Shown here: one piece after another, positions 47,634 to 59,819 of the stretch | Layout: each line of letters opens with the position of its first letter | Position numbering within the stretch: position 1 is the stretch's first letter | NCBI RefSeq assembly: GCF_030028105.1 | Contig: NC_092374.1 | Coordinates: forward strand, 188,450,638 to 188,514,637 | Origin: Mobula birostris | Taxonomy: Eukaryota | Direction: 5' to 3' | Length of the DNA: 64,000 nt | The notes under the pieces: generated by a model | Database searches by the model: none | Told to the model about the DNA's origin: nothing | The model's input: only the letters and a program-made list of their open reading frames with translations | Made by a program: the position numbers and the translations under genes

Positions 47634-47709
47634 CCATCGGGACCAGTAGAGTAAAAGTTAATAGCTGGACGCCATACACCCTGACCCCCTCACTTCGTCT
47701 GGGTGACAT
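47634..47709 (-). CDS. Gene B exon 1: signal-peptide (leader) exon
   Basis: aaaATG (A at -3) gives MSPRRSEGVRVYGVQLLTFTLLVPM + G|gtaagt. The phase-1 donor joins in frame to the 45064-45456 exon (junction codon GCC). Confidence 0.87.
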
Positions 47710-47995
47710 TTTGACTCATTCCACTTGACTTTCCGAGAGGAGAGTTAATCCACTGTCAGAGTAAAAATGAGCAGCTTCATGCAGTGCCGCTTTACGCTGA
47801 CACTTCACACCTGATACCCACACCGACAGTGACCGTCCCACCGTGTACAGTACTCAATGCCACGCTCAGACCGACAAGAGTTCCTCTTGCCAAGAGTGAC
47901 TTTGTCATTGAATCATTTCCTGTCAGAGTCACTTCTTAGAGTCTGTATGGATTCTCCTGCACCTGGATCACTTTATGTACATAAAATCAGCCCGT

Positions 47996-48124
47996 NNNNN
48001 NNNNNNNNNNNNNNNNNNNNNNNNNNNNNNNNNNNNNNNNNNNNNNNNNNNNNNNNNNNNNNNNNNNNNNNNNNNNNNNNNNNNNNNNNNNNNNNNNNNN
48101 NNNNNNNNNNNNNNNNNNNNNNNN
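47996..48124. other. Assembly gap (129 N)
   Basis: Run of N characters about 290 bp upstream of the gene B ATG. Confidence 1.
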
Positions 48125-48374
48125 AGTTACTTACACACCACGCTTCAGAAGATTGCTTTAAATTTATGTTTATTGTGTTTTATGATGCATCGGATCCGGA
48201 CTAGCAATCACTTCGTTCTCCATTACTCTCCTGTACTGAAGAATAACAATAAGCTATCATAAATATCGAACCTTGTATCTTAAACATTAACCGTGACATC
48301 AACCAAATCCCTTTTCATAGATACGGGTAATGTCACTTCTGGTACGAATCTCTCGTGCTAACGGTGATAATCTC

Positions 48375-48725
48375 ACATAGGTGGCGGGGTGTATGGCGCT
48401 CCCTCCCTCCGCTAGCTGGAGGTCACCCTTGCGCAAGGTGTAGCACCTGCTTAGCCCCACTCTCCCAAACCTGATCAGGGTCAGGGGAACAGGGGGTGGC
48501 GGATGTGCGTATCACAAGTCCTGGTTATGCGACCGCTGACGCCAGGCAGGCAATCTCTGAAGATATCGATAATGGCTGGGATCACCCATCCCGTAAAGAC
48601 ACCGCCCTGAAGAAGGCAATGGCGAACCACTTCTGTCGAAAAAAAATGGCCAAGAACAATCATGGTCATGGATAGATCATGTAAGCTCACGTCATACCAC
48701 ACGGCACATAATTGTGGTGATGAAT
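48375..48725 (+). mobile_element. RTE-type 3'-end repeat (related copy at ~36110-36500, minus)
   Basis: Shared blocks cacccaagggtgacc/gtcaccctt and gataatggctgggatcacccatc, and an RTE-like end ggcgaaccacttctg...gccaagaacaat. Family assignment tentative. Confidence 0.45.
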
Positions 48726-48849
48726 CTCAGATCCAGGTCAAAGGCTGTATTGGCTGTATCGTTTCCGGGAAAGTGAAAGGCATACTTAAAACAGGGTTCT
48801 ATGCAATAAGGTTCTGAACTTTCGTGTTGATATTTGAGAAGCAAAATTG

Positions 48850-51800
48850 TTAATGGGACTTTTCAGAGTTCTGCTGGAACTTCTAGGGTGTTTCAATGTT
48901 TGTACGGGAGAGTGAGGAGATAATTAATCAGAGTTACAGGGAAGTAATCACCCCGAAGTTGCAGGAGGCGAGTAGCTGGGTGACTGTCAGGAGAAATGTA
49001 AATGTAAATGAGCAGTTAGAACAGAGCTCCCCTGTGGCCATTCCCCTCAAAAATAAGTATACCGCTTTGGATACTGTTGTGGGGGATGACCTCCCGGGGG
49101 AATGCCACACAGACCGGGTTACAGGCACTGAGCATGGGTCCGTGGGGCAGACGGGAAAGAGTGAGAAGAAGGGAGTGGTGGTGATAGGGGACTCAATAGT
49201 GAGGGGAACAGACAGGAGATTCTGTGGACGTGGATGGGACACCCTGATGGTACGTTGTCTCCCAGGTGCCAGGGTCGGGGACGTCTCAGATCGCGTCCAC
49301 AACATTTTGGAAAACGAGGTAGAGCAGCCAAATGTCTTGGTACATATTGGTACCAGTGACATCGGAAAGAACAAAGGTCATGAAAAGAGAATTTAGAGAG
49401 CTAGATAGAAAGCTGAAAAGCAGGACCTCCCGGGTAGTAATTTCTGGATTGCTGCCTGTTCCACGTGCCAGTGAGGGTAGAAACAGGATGATTTGGCAGA
49501 TGAATGCGTGGCTGAGAAGCTGGTGCAGGGGGCAGGGCTTCAGATTCTTGGATCATTGGGATCTCTTCTGGGGGAGGTATAACCTGTTCAAAAGTGAGGA
49601 GTTGCACCTGAACCCGAGGGGAACCAATATTCTCAGGTTTTCTCGAGCTTTTGGGGAGGGTTTAATTTAATTTGGCAGTGGGGTAGGACCCAGAGTAATG
49701 GGATTCAGGATAGGATGCATGGTAAAAAAGTGAAGATAGCATGCAGTCATATTGTCAGGAAGGGCATGTTGATGATGGGACTTAGTTGCAGCCAACAGGT
49801 TGAGTAACAAAACGATAGGAATGTAGAATCAGAAAAGATAGCAAATACGGTACTTGAGGTGTTGTATCTCAATGAATGGGGAATAAAAAATAAGTTGGAT
49901 GATCTTTTTGCACTATTACAGATTGCCAAATATGATGTTGTGGCCATCACTGAATCATGTCTGAAGGATGGTTGTAGTTGGGAGCTGAATGTCCAAGGTT
50001 ACACTTCGTATCAGAGTGATAGGAAGGTATACAGAGGGGGAGGTGTGGCTCTACTGGTAAAGAATGGCATCAGATCAGTAGAAAGATGTGACATAGGATC
50101 AGAAGATGTTGAATCCTTGTGGGTCAAGTTAAGAAACCGCATGGTAAAAGGACATTGATGCAATATACAGGCCTCCCAACAGTGTCTGGGAGGTGGGCCA
50201 CAAATTACAACAGGAAATAGAAAAAGCGAGTCAAAGGGGCAATGTTATGATAGTCATGGGAAAGTTTAACATGCAGGTTGATTGTGAAAATCAGGTTGGA
50301 AATGAATCTCAAATGAGTGAGTTTGTTGAATACCTAAGAGGCAGTTTTTTTTAGAGCAGATTGTCGTTGAGCCTACTAGGGGATCAGCTATACTGGATTG
50401 GGTGTTGTGCAATGAACTGGAGATGATTAGGGAGCTTAAGGTAAAAGAACCCTCAGGAACCAGTGATCACAATATGACTGAGTTCAACTTAAATTGGAAG
50501 GAGCTGCTGGCAGTGATGTCAGCAGAACAGCAATGGTGTGCATTTCTGAGAAAAATGAGGAAGGTGCAGGACATGTGTATTCCAAAAATGAAGAAATACT
50601 CAGATGGCAAAATTGTACAACTGTGGCTGACAAGGGAAGTCAAAGCTAATGTAAAAATAAAAGAGAGGGCATGCAACAAAGCAAAAATTAGTTGGAAGAT
50701 ATAGGATTGGGACGTTTATAAAAACCTACAGACAGCAACTAAAAGAGTCATTAGAAGGGAAAAAAATGAAATATAAAAGCAAGCTAGCAAATAATATCAA
50801 CATGGATAGTAAAAGTATTTTCAAATATGTAAAAAATAAAAGAGAGCTGAGAGTGGTTATAGGGCCGCGAGAAAATAAGGCAGGAGAAATAATAACGGGG
50901 GGCAAGGAGATGGCAGATGAACTAAATGAGTATTTTGCATCAGTCTTCACTGTGGAAGACATGAGCAGTGTGCCAGATCTTGTAGTGAGTGAAGGAAGAG
51001 AAGTGGGTGCAGTTACTGTTACAAGGGAAAAGGTGCTCAAAAAGCTAAAAGACATTTGAGTACATAAGTCACCCGAGCCAGATCAACTGCACCCGAGTGT
51101 GCTGGAAGATTAGTGGTAGAGGTTGTAGATGCGATAGTAATGATCTTTCAAAATTCATTAGACTTTGGTATGGTGACAGATAACTGGAAAATTGCATAAG
51201 TCACTCCACTCTTTAAGAAAGGAGGAAGGCAGCAGAAGGGAAATTATAGACCTGTTAGCCTGACTCAGTGGTGGGAAGATGTTATAGTCAATTGTTAAGG
51301 ATGAGGTGATGGAGTACTTGGTGACACAGGACAAGATTGTCAGTATGGTTTCCTTCTGATGAATGTGTTGGAATTCTTTGAGGAGTTTACAAGTAGGATA
51401 GATAAAGGAGATGCAATGGATGTTGTATATTTGGACAAGAGCCCATGGTATTACAGGAAAGTTACCAACATGATTAGAGCATTGGCTGATTGGAAGGAGG
51501 CAGTGAGTGGGAATAAAAGGATCCTTTTCTGGTTGGCTGCCAGTGACTATTGGTGTTCCACAGGGTTCGGTGTTGGGACCACTTTTTTTTATGCTGTATA
51601 TAAGTGATTTAGATGATGCAATAGATGGTTTTGTTGCCAAGTTTTCAGAAGATACGAAGATTGGTGGAGGTGCAGGTAGTGTTGAGGAAGCAGGTAGGAT
51701 GCAGAAGGACTTAGAAAGATTAGAAGAATAGGTAATAAAGTGGCAAATGAAATATAATGTTGGAAAATGCATGGTCATGCACTTTGGTAGTAGAAATAAA

Positions 51801-52560
51801 TGTGCAGACTATTTTCTGAATGGAGAGAAAATTCAGTAATCTGAGATGCAAAAGGACTTAGGAGTCCTTATGTAGAACACCCTGAAGGTTAACTTGCAGC
51901 TTGAGTCAGCGGTGAGGAAGACAAATGCAACGTTAGCATTCATTTCAAGAGGTCTAGAATAGAAAAGCAGGGTTGTGATGCTGAAGCTTTGTAAGGCACT
52001 GGTGAGTATTGTGGACAGTTTTGGGCTCCTTATCTTAGAAAAGGTGTGCTGGCATTGGAGAGGCTCCAGAGGAGGTTCACAAGGATGATTCCAGGAATGA
52101 AAGGGTTAGCATACGAGACACGTTTGATTGCTCTGGATCTGGACTCTCTGGAATTTAGAAGGATGGTGGTGGTGGGGGGGGGGGGGTTCTTATGAATGTT
52201 GGAAGACCTAGGCAGAGTAGATGTGGAAAGGATGTTTCTCATAGTGGGAGAGTCTAGGACAAGAGGACACAGCCTTGGAATAGAATGGCATCCATTCAAA
52301 ACAGGGATGCAGAGAAATTTCTTTAGCCAGAGGGTGGTGAATTTGTGGAATTTGTTGCCACATGCAGCTGTGAAGGCCAGGTCGTTGGGTGCATTTAAGG
52401 CAGAGATTGATAGGTTCATGATTGGACATTGCATTAAAGGTTACAGGGTGAAGGCTGGAAAATAGGGTTGAGGATGAGAGAAAAATAAGTTGAACAATGA
52501 TTGAATGGCAGAGCAGACTTGATGGGCCAAATGGCCTAATTCTGCTCCTACGTCTTGTAG
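48850..52560 (+). mobile_element. Near full-length CR1 LINE (esterase ORF1, APE, RT), degenerate
   Basis: ORF1 SGNH motifs VIGDSIV, CLPGARV, VHIGTSD and EELHLN. APE YDVVAITES and RGGGVALLV. RT GVPQGSVLGPLFF and KFSEDTK. CR1 3' terminus atggcctaattctgctcct. Many stops. Confidence 0.92.
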
Positions 52561-53299
52561 TTTTATTGTCTAATATTGGACAGGATGATGAAGAGCTATT
52601 TAATTATGGTATCTGAATTTCTTTTTCCGCCCTGCTTTTTCTCCTAACCTTCAATGTTTGGTTTTATATTTTTCATCTAACAAAAATCTGGCAATATCCC
52701 AAAGAATAGAACTGTATTATTCCATTTCAAAAATAAACTTTTTCATGATAAAAAAATATATGCAAGGTAAGAAATTTTCATGGTCCCGGCTGAACTTCGT
52801 CGGGCATCCAGGTTTCAGTGCTCCAATTCCCCAGAGTATGGTTAGCTGCCACTGTCAGACTGCCAATTATTGCCTGTCACATTCCTTCTCGAAAAGTCTG
52901 TACTTAAAGGTCCCATGCTGAGCACTCAGTGCTCAATCATAGGAGTTTGATTTCTAGTACTATTGTATGTTATTTTGCCTTTTGATTTTGTTTGTGCTGT
53001 CTTGTTATTTTTTGAGACTGAGTGTGAGTTAATTCTAGACCTTTCTCTGCACTTGGGTTCACCACCATCTATAGCTCTCTCGAAAACCTTTATATTCATG
53101 ATTGGTTCATTCAGTAGTATAAACTTAAGAAAAATCACAAACATAGTGCCATTGTCCCTCATAAAGCTCCCTGAGGTGATCTCCCTTTCATGGTCAAGGG
53201 GTTTTGTCATGTATAGTAACTCAGCCCATCCATGTGTGGTTGCAAAAGGGGTCTGGATAGAACCTTAGTGTTATCTGTTTGGAGCTTCCAGCATGTATC

Positions 53300-54020
53300 T
53301 CTACAGCCTGAACTGGGCCAGCCAACAGCATTTCCATATGGACATCTCACTGTGCTGGAAGACCAAAGTACATCTTTCAGAGAGCTGATCACCTACCAAC
53401 ACTTAATGTCTGTCTCAGTGTGTGACCCTGAGAACAGCCTGTAGATCGCAGAGTCCTCTTATACACAACTGTTGGGGATGAACCTGGGCCCCTGCATCTG
53501 CTTCCACACCCTCTTAGCAAATCCACAATCTGTGAAGAGGTGGATGACCTTCCCCATCACAGCCGTCCCAAGGGCAGAGTACATACGTCATCTGTAGAGG
53601 AAAGCACTGACTCTGAGAGACCCTTTCTCTGTAAGCCAAATGAGGTCTTGGTGCTTGTTGGTCAGATCTGGTGATAGGACGTTATGCTAGATGGTTTGGA
53701 TTGCTTGTTTAGGAAACAAACCAATGGACGACAGTGTCCCTGCCCCACAGTATCTGCATTCCTTGCTGACCACGGACTATTGGACTTTTGTTCAAAGATG
53801 GACTTTTCCAAAAAGGCCAGGTATTGTGGCAACATCCAGCTGACCAGGACGTTGCTCGACAATGGAGCCAGGCTTCTCTTCTGCTATACCAGGGACAGGT
53901 GGAATATCAGCATGTCGTGACACTTGGTGCCTTGGGCCACATTGCTCATGGTAAGATAGTGATGTGCTTGGATGCCATTGCCTCCCCGGGACCAAACAAA
54001 GGTGTTTTTCTTTTTTAAAC
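53300..54020 (-). mobile_element. Old Tx1 RT C-terminal remnant
   Basis: Minus strand SPDLTNKHQDLIWLTEKGSLRVSAFLY vs SPDLSNRHQDLAWLAVRGALPVRALLY in the young copy. Confidence 0.75.
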
Positions 54021-54579
54021 ATTTTTTTCTGATCACAGCATTTAGAACTCCATGGTCTGCAGGTCTACTCCAGCAGCGATAACAGAAGAGCTGGAGTAAC
54101 CGCACTTGGTGCAGACTGTGCTGTTGTCTGCTCGGGAGGGGCATTGGAATTGGTGTGCAGTCTAACAGCGAGTGATTGTCTTGGATGCTTTCCTTGTGAA
54201 TGCAAGACAATATTGGGCATTAGTAATGTAAAATAATGCAAGTATGGGCCACTGGTATATTTGTGAAACTGACAGAGGGGAGCAGCATGGCCTCCATTGT
54301 AGCAAGGACCAGGCCTCATGCTGCGGACTTGCCTGTTGCAGCAGTCCAGGAGGGCTGATGCCGGAGGCAGTATGGTGCACTGTCCATGCGGGGTTGGGGG
54401 CTGGCCCAACCCCTGACTGGTGCTGCCCTCCAGTATTCACCCAGTGGAAAACAACCTTTGTCTACATGCGTGCATGCATATGCTTGACTGCAGACTGCTG
54501 AAAACTGCTTGTTCTTGCCAACAGCGCCCATGCACGATTAATTTGCGGGACAAGTCACTCAGGGACTTGGGCTATATTA

Positions 54580-55048
54580 GAGGGGTGATTGATAAGTTTG
54601 TGGCCTAAGGTAGAAGGAGTCAATTTCAGAAAACCGAGCACATTTATTTTTCCTACATTTACACACTTAGTCCAGCGGTCGTGGAGCATACGGATCCCTT
54701 CTTTGTAGAAATCGGTGTCTTGGCCCTCCAGAAATGGGCCCCCACTGCATGGGATGATTGATAAGTTCATGGCCTATGGTAGAACGAGATGAGGTATTAA
54801 CTTCAAACTTACTGCATTTTCACTCAGATGTTGAACTGCACATGCATGTAACGAGAACTGTATAACTCATCTCCTTCTACCTTAGGCCATGAACTAATCA
54901 ATCACCCCTGCTGTGGACCACCTGGAGATCCAAGACACTCTCGTTACATGCATGTGCAGGTCAACTCTTTGAATGAAAATGCAGAAATTTTGAAGTTAAT
55001 AACTCATCTTCTTCTACCTTAGGCCACAAACTTATCAATCACCCCTCG
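54580..55048 (-). mobile_element. Mariner non-autonomous derivative with an internal second TIR pair
   Basis: TIR GAGGGGTGATTGATAAGTTTGTGGCCTAAGGTAGAAG and its inverse ending CCCCTCG+TA. Transposase C-terminus FYKEGIRMLHDRWTKCV. Inner TIR pair at 54751-54909. Confidence 0.8.
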
Positions 55049-55683
55049 TATATTTATTTTTGTGCATCTGTATATTTATTGCTATATCATATGTACTAAG
55101 TGTGCTCTGCGCTGCGTTTGATTGTGTTCTGCACCTTGACCCTGGGGAAATGCTGTTTCATTTGGCTGTATTCATGGGTGTTCAGTAAATGGTGATAATT
55201 AAATTTGAACTTGTTTCACAGAAAATTCATTGAATCAATTTAAATTAACAAAGGGATAAATTGTTTTCAAAACAGTTGGTCTATTTCAGGAGAAGAATAA
55301 TTCAAAATAAATTTCTAGATTTCGGTTCATTTTCACTGTGGAATTTCTATCCCTCTAATCTTTATCCAACACAATAAATGGATACGATCGGGTCTTTTAC
55401 GAGTCTCCTGGATAGGTACATAGAGCTTAGAAAAGTATGGGGCTATGGGTAACCCTAGGTAATTTCTAAGGTAAGGACATGTTTGGCACAGCTTTGTGGG
55501 CTGAAGGGCTTGTATTGTGCTGTAGGTTTTTTATGTTCTAACACCACTAAAGCAACAGGATTTTTCATTTCCTCTGGTAAAGAGGGCCAACCAGTCTCTC
55601 TCACCCTCACACTTCCTTCATTGGCTGAGCTTGGTTTTCACCATGTATAACTTCCCATTTAACTCTGCTCACTTCCTCCAAAT

Positions 55684-55743
55684 CAAGGGTTCCCAACCCC
55701 TTAATGACGGGGGTCCATGGCACAAAAAGATTGGGAACCCCTG
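55684..55743. mobile_element. 60-bp hAT-type MITE
   Basis: TIRs CAAGGGTTCCCAAC / GATTGGGAACCCCTG. Flanks ctccaaat / tgccaaat (6/8 TSD). Confidence 0.7.
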
Positions 55744-57338
55744 TGCCAAATCAAAGTAATGGCTATGAAAACCCATATGGATCCAAGTTGTTTGGGGAAT
55801 AAATGGAAGTTTGCTTTAGTTCTGCTCACCTCTCTTTCTGTACATTAATGACTGTACTGGTGATGCTTCCTGTTCTAGTTCAGAATTTGAATGTTTCTTT
55901 ACCCTTCATGCTGAACATTGATGGTCTATTTCAAAGTCAAAGTCAATTGTATTGCCATCTGCACAAGTACATGTGTGCAGTACTTTCCAGTGCAAATCCT
56001 TACTTGTAGCAGGATCATAGGGATTCAGCATTAAAGACACAACATTTACAAGAAAAACATAAATTAGACAAAATGTTTCAAGAAAAACGCACAAGAAAAC
56101 AAAGTCCACTATTGCACAGTGTTCATAGTGTTGCTGTACTGAGGTAGTGATTAGGGTTGTGCAGGTTGGTTCAAGGATCAAAGAGAAGTAGCTGTTCTTG
56201 CACCTGGTGGTGTGGGTCATCAGGCCTCTGTACCTCTTGCCCAATGGCAGCTGAAAATGTGGCTGGATGGCAGCAGTCTTCGATGATTGTTGCTGTTTTC
56301 TGGAGGATGTGCCTCATGTCTATTCTCTCAGTGGTTGTGAGGAATGTGCCAGTGATCTATTGGGCTGAATCCATTATTCTCTGCAGTTTCTTACATTCCT
56401 GCATATTCAGATTGCCATTCCAGACCATGATGCAACCAGCAGGGTACTTTCAACACTATATCTGTGTAAATTAGAATGCTTAGTGACATGCTAAGCCTCC
56501 ATAACTTTCTGAGAAAAAGATGCCAGTGCACCTTTCTTGATATTTTCCATCCTTGCCATTTCTGATTCTTCCATTGTCTTTCATGACTTCTTGTCCCAAT
56601 ACAGATAATATTAAGTTCAATGTTCAAGGGTCAGAGTAACTTCATTATCAGAGGGCATACATGTCACCACGTAAAACCCTGAGAATCATTTTATTACGGT
56701 CATACACACTAAATCCAAGAAACATGATAGAATCAGTGAAAGACAGCACCCAACAGGACGGACAAACAACCAAAGTGCAAAAGACAACAAACTGTGCAAA
56801 GACAAAAGAAAAAAAGAAGTAAATATCGAGAATATGAGATGAATAGTCCTTGAAAGTGAATACAAAGGTTGTGGGAACATTTCAATGATGGGGCAAGAGA
56901 AGTTGAGTGAAGTTAACCCTATTGGTTTAAGAGCCTGATGGTTGAGGGGCAATAACTATTCCTGTATGATTTTCCATTCAAGGACATTGGTGTTTCCATA
57001 CCAGGCTGTGATGCAACCGGTCAATATACTTTCCATCACACTTCCATAAAAGCTGGTCAAAATCTTAGATGTCATGCTGAATCTTTGCAAACTTGTAAGG
57101 AAGCAGAGATGCTGCTGTGCTCTCGTAATAATTGCCCTTACATGCAGGGCCCAGGAGAGGTCCTCCGAAATGATAACAATGAGAAATTTAAAGCTGCTGA
57201 CCCTCTCCACCTCTGATCCCCTGGTGAAGGTGGCCCACGGACCTCCGGTTTCCTCCTCCTGAAGTCAATAATCAGCTCCTTCATCTTACTGACATTGAGT
57301 GAGAGGTTGTTGTTGTGGCACAACTCAGCCAGATTCTC

Positions 57339-58427
57339 TCTCCTGGGTTTGTTCTTGTATCTGGTGAATATTCAGAGAATCTCGCACAAACTGCTCTGCT
57401 TTCTGGTAGTCATCAAAAAATCTTTTTTCTCCACCAGGCAAAAAAATCTTCAAGGTTGCAGGATAACGCAGTGTAAATTGATAACCATGATCCCATAGGG
57501 TTTTTTTCACTGGGTAAAATTTCTTCCTTCTCTTCAAAAGTTCGTAACTTATATCAGGGTAGAAAAAACTTTGTTCCCTTTAATTATCAATGGCCCTTTT
57601 CTATCTTTGGCAGCTCGAGCAGCTGCCTGTAGAATCCTTTCCTTGTCTTGAAATCTTAAGAATTTTATTAAAATTGATCGTGGATATTGGTCATCTTTTG
57701 GTTTTGGTCTTAAAGCTCTATGTGCCCGCTCAATTTCAATTGGTCGAACCTCCTCTTCCATTTGCAAAACATCCGGGATCCATCTTTGAAAAAATTCTAT
57801 TGGTTTATCTTCCTCCGTACCTTCTTTAAGACCAACAATTTTGATATTATTACGTCTACTAAAATTTTCCAACAGGTCCACTTTCTCCAAGAGTCGGTTT
57901 CTTTCCGAATTCCAGACAAGCAGATCATTTTTTGTTTTTTCCACTCTATCATTCATATGCCCCATTGCTCTTTCCATCTTCTGAAGCTTCTTATCCATTT
58001 TGTCCTGTCTTGCCATAACTTTGTCATAGCACATCTTCGTATCTCCAAGCTCTTCTCTTACTTTTCTTAATTCAGCTGTTAACTGCAATATAGCCTCTCT
58101 CATATCTCTATCATCTCCTTTACTTCCAATCACTTCCAATTCTTCCTCCTCTTCTTCATCTGTGTTCTCTGCAGAATCCAATTCTGACTCTGAGTCATTT
58201 TCAATTGCAGTGGCTGTCGGTTCTTGTAGTTTGTGTTGTGTCGATTTGCGCATGCGCATTTCCGGTGTCTTCTTCGGAGAAACCGCTACCACCGGCATTG
58301 CTCCCTGTTCTACCGAAGGAGATCCAACCTGAGTCCGAGGCTCCATCGTTGCAGTAGGCTCTTTTTTCTTCCCGTCTCGCGGCTGCTTCGCAACAGCAGA
58401 CTTCTTTTGTTGCGGTTTAGGAGGCAT
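57339..58427 (-). pseudogene. L1 ORF1p (coiled coil + RRM + CTD) with one frameshift
   Basis: LENFSRRNNIKIVGLKEG, IERAHRALRP and PRSILIKFLRFQDKERIL. A 1-nt slip in a T run near 57563 is followed by YPDISYELLKRRKKF..LRYPATLKI. No own stop codon inside the insert. Confidence 0.88.
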
Positions 58428-58569
58428 ATCGTAAAGTAGTCTTACAAAGTTTATAAATAGTTTTCAGAAAATATTTACTAACTTTGTTTTGTTTAAACGG
58501 TACTTTACTGATTTGTTGCGGGAGAGCTGGATTTACACGTCTCAATCCCACGCCATCACGTGACGCCCC
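57339..58569 (-). mobile_element. L1-clade element containing only the 5' UTR + ORF1, flanked by a 13-bp TSD
   Basis: 5' end GGGGCGTCACGTGATGGCG. TSD cagccagattctc (57326-57338) / cagtcagattctc (58570-58582). No ORF2 and no poly(A). Confidence 0.85.
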
Positions 58570-59819
58570 CAGTCAGATTCTCAATCTCCCTCCTATATGC
58601 TGATTCATCATCACTTTCGATTCAGCCAGTGACAGTGGTGTCGTTGGCAAACTTAAACATGGCATTAGAGCTGTCCTTAGCGTCACTGTCATAAGTATAA
58701 AGTGAGTAGAGCAGGGGGCTAAGCACACAGCCTTCTGGTGCACCTGTGCTGATGGAGATTGTGGAGGAGGTGTTGTTGCCAATCCGAACTGAGGACATTG
58801 AGGGCCCAATTGCACAAGGAGGTTTGAGACCAAGGTCTTGAAGCTTATTGCTTAGATTTCAGGGGATGATGGTATTGAATGCTGAGCTGTAGCGGATAAA
58901 GAGCATCCTAATCATGTATGCACCTTTGTTGTCCAGATATTCAAGGATTGAGCGAAGAGCGAATGAAATGGCATCTGCCGTGGACCTGTTGTGCTGGCAG
59001 GCAAATTGGAGCGGATCTCTCAGCTGCTTCTCATGCATCACCAACCTCTCAAAGCACTTCATCACCGTGAATGTATGTGCTACTGGGTAATAGATATTTA
59101 GGCAGATTATCACAGTCTTCTTGGGCACTGGTATAATTGAAGCCTGCTCCAGACTGCTGAAGCGAGAGGTTAAAGGTATCGGTGAACACTCCATCCGGTT
59201 GATCAGCACAGGCAATTAGTACTTGGCCAGATACCCCAACTGACCTGGATGTTTTTCATGGGTTCACCCGCCTGAAGGGTGATCTCACATTGGCCTCACA
59301 GGGTAATCGGGGCAGTGGGAGTTCGTGAATATTTCTCCATGTTTTAATGGTTAAAGCCAGCATCGAAGGCATTGGGCCTATCTTTAAGAGGGAAAAGCAT
59401 TCAAGCCTTCCCACAGCGTTGAGCATCTGTCAGTGATTCAAGTTTGTCATGGAATTGCCACTTCTGGAAATCGTATTGGACCTCTTGCATCTTGGTTTGT
59501 CACCAAACCTGAATGGCACTTTCTGGCCCTCAGCAGACCGCGATCTCATGGTTCGTCTAGGGCAGGGGTAGGCAACCTCATGCACAAATGATTTTCTAGC
59601 ATGCGTTTTTCATTAATTTGAGGCAAAACATTTAAATATTTAAATGGATGTCCTCCCATTGGAACCACAAAGTTCTTCATCTTTTCCAGTATGCCTTGGA
59701 CTTGGGATTCCCATAAGTTGTTGAGGTTATTATGATTATTGTTAAGATTAATATCAGCATGACCTTGAAGCAGTTTCTTTATCCTCCTAAAGACGGCTTA
59801 TCACAGCCCAGAGCAATCC

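Larger units (their letters stand above)
56975..59290 (-). mobile_element. Degenerate Rex1-type LINE split by an L1 insertion
   Basis: [24 protein letters not shown] (58859-59215). The peptide REIENL|AEWCHNNNLSLNVSK is interrupted at 57339-58569. Confidence 0.8.

Noticed and set aside
47857-48262. ORFs spanning the N run
   Set aside because: Artefacts of the assembly gap.
52926-53268. Opposing 94-aa and 101-aa ORFs
   Set aside because: No recognisable motif, no convincing splice pair, and both strands are open, which suggests chance or a decayed repeat.
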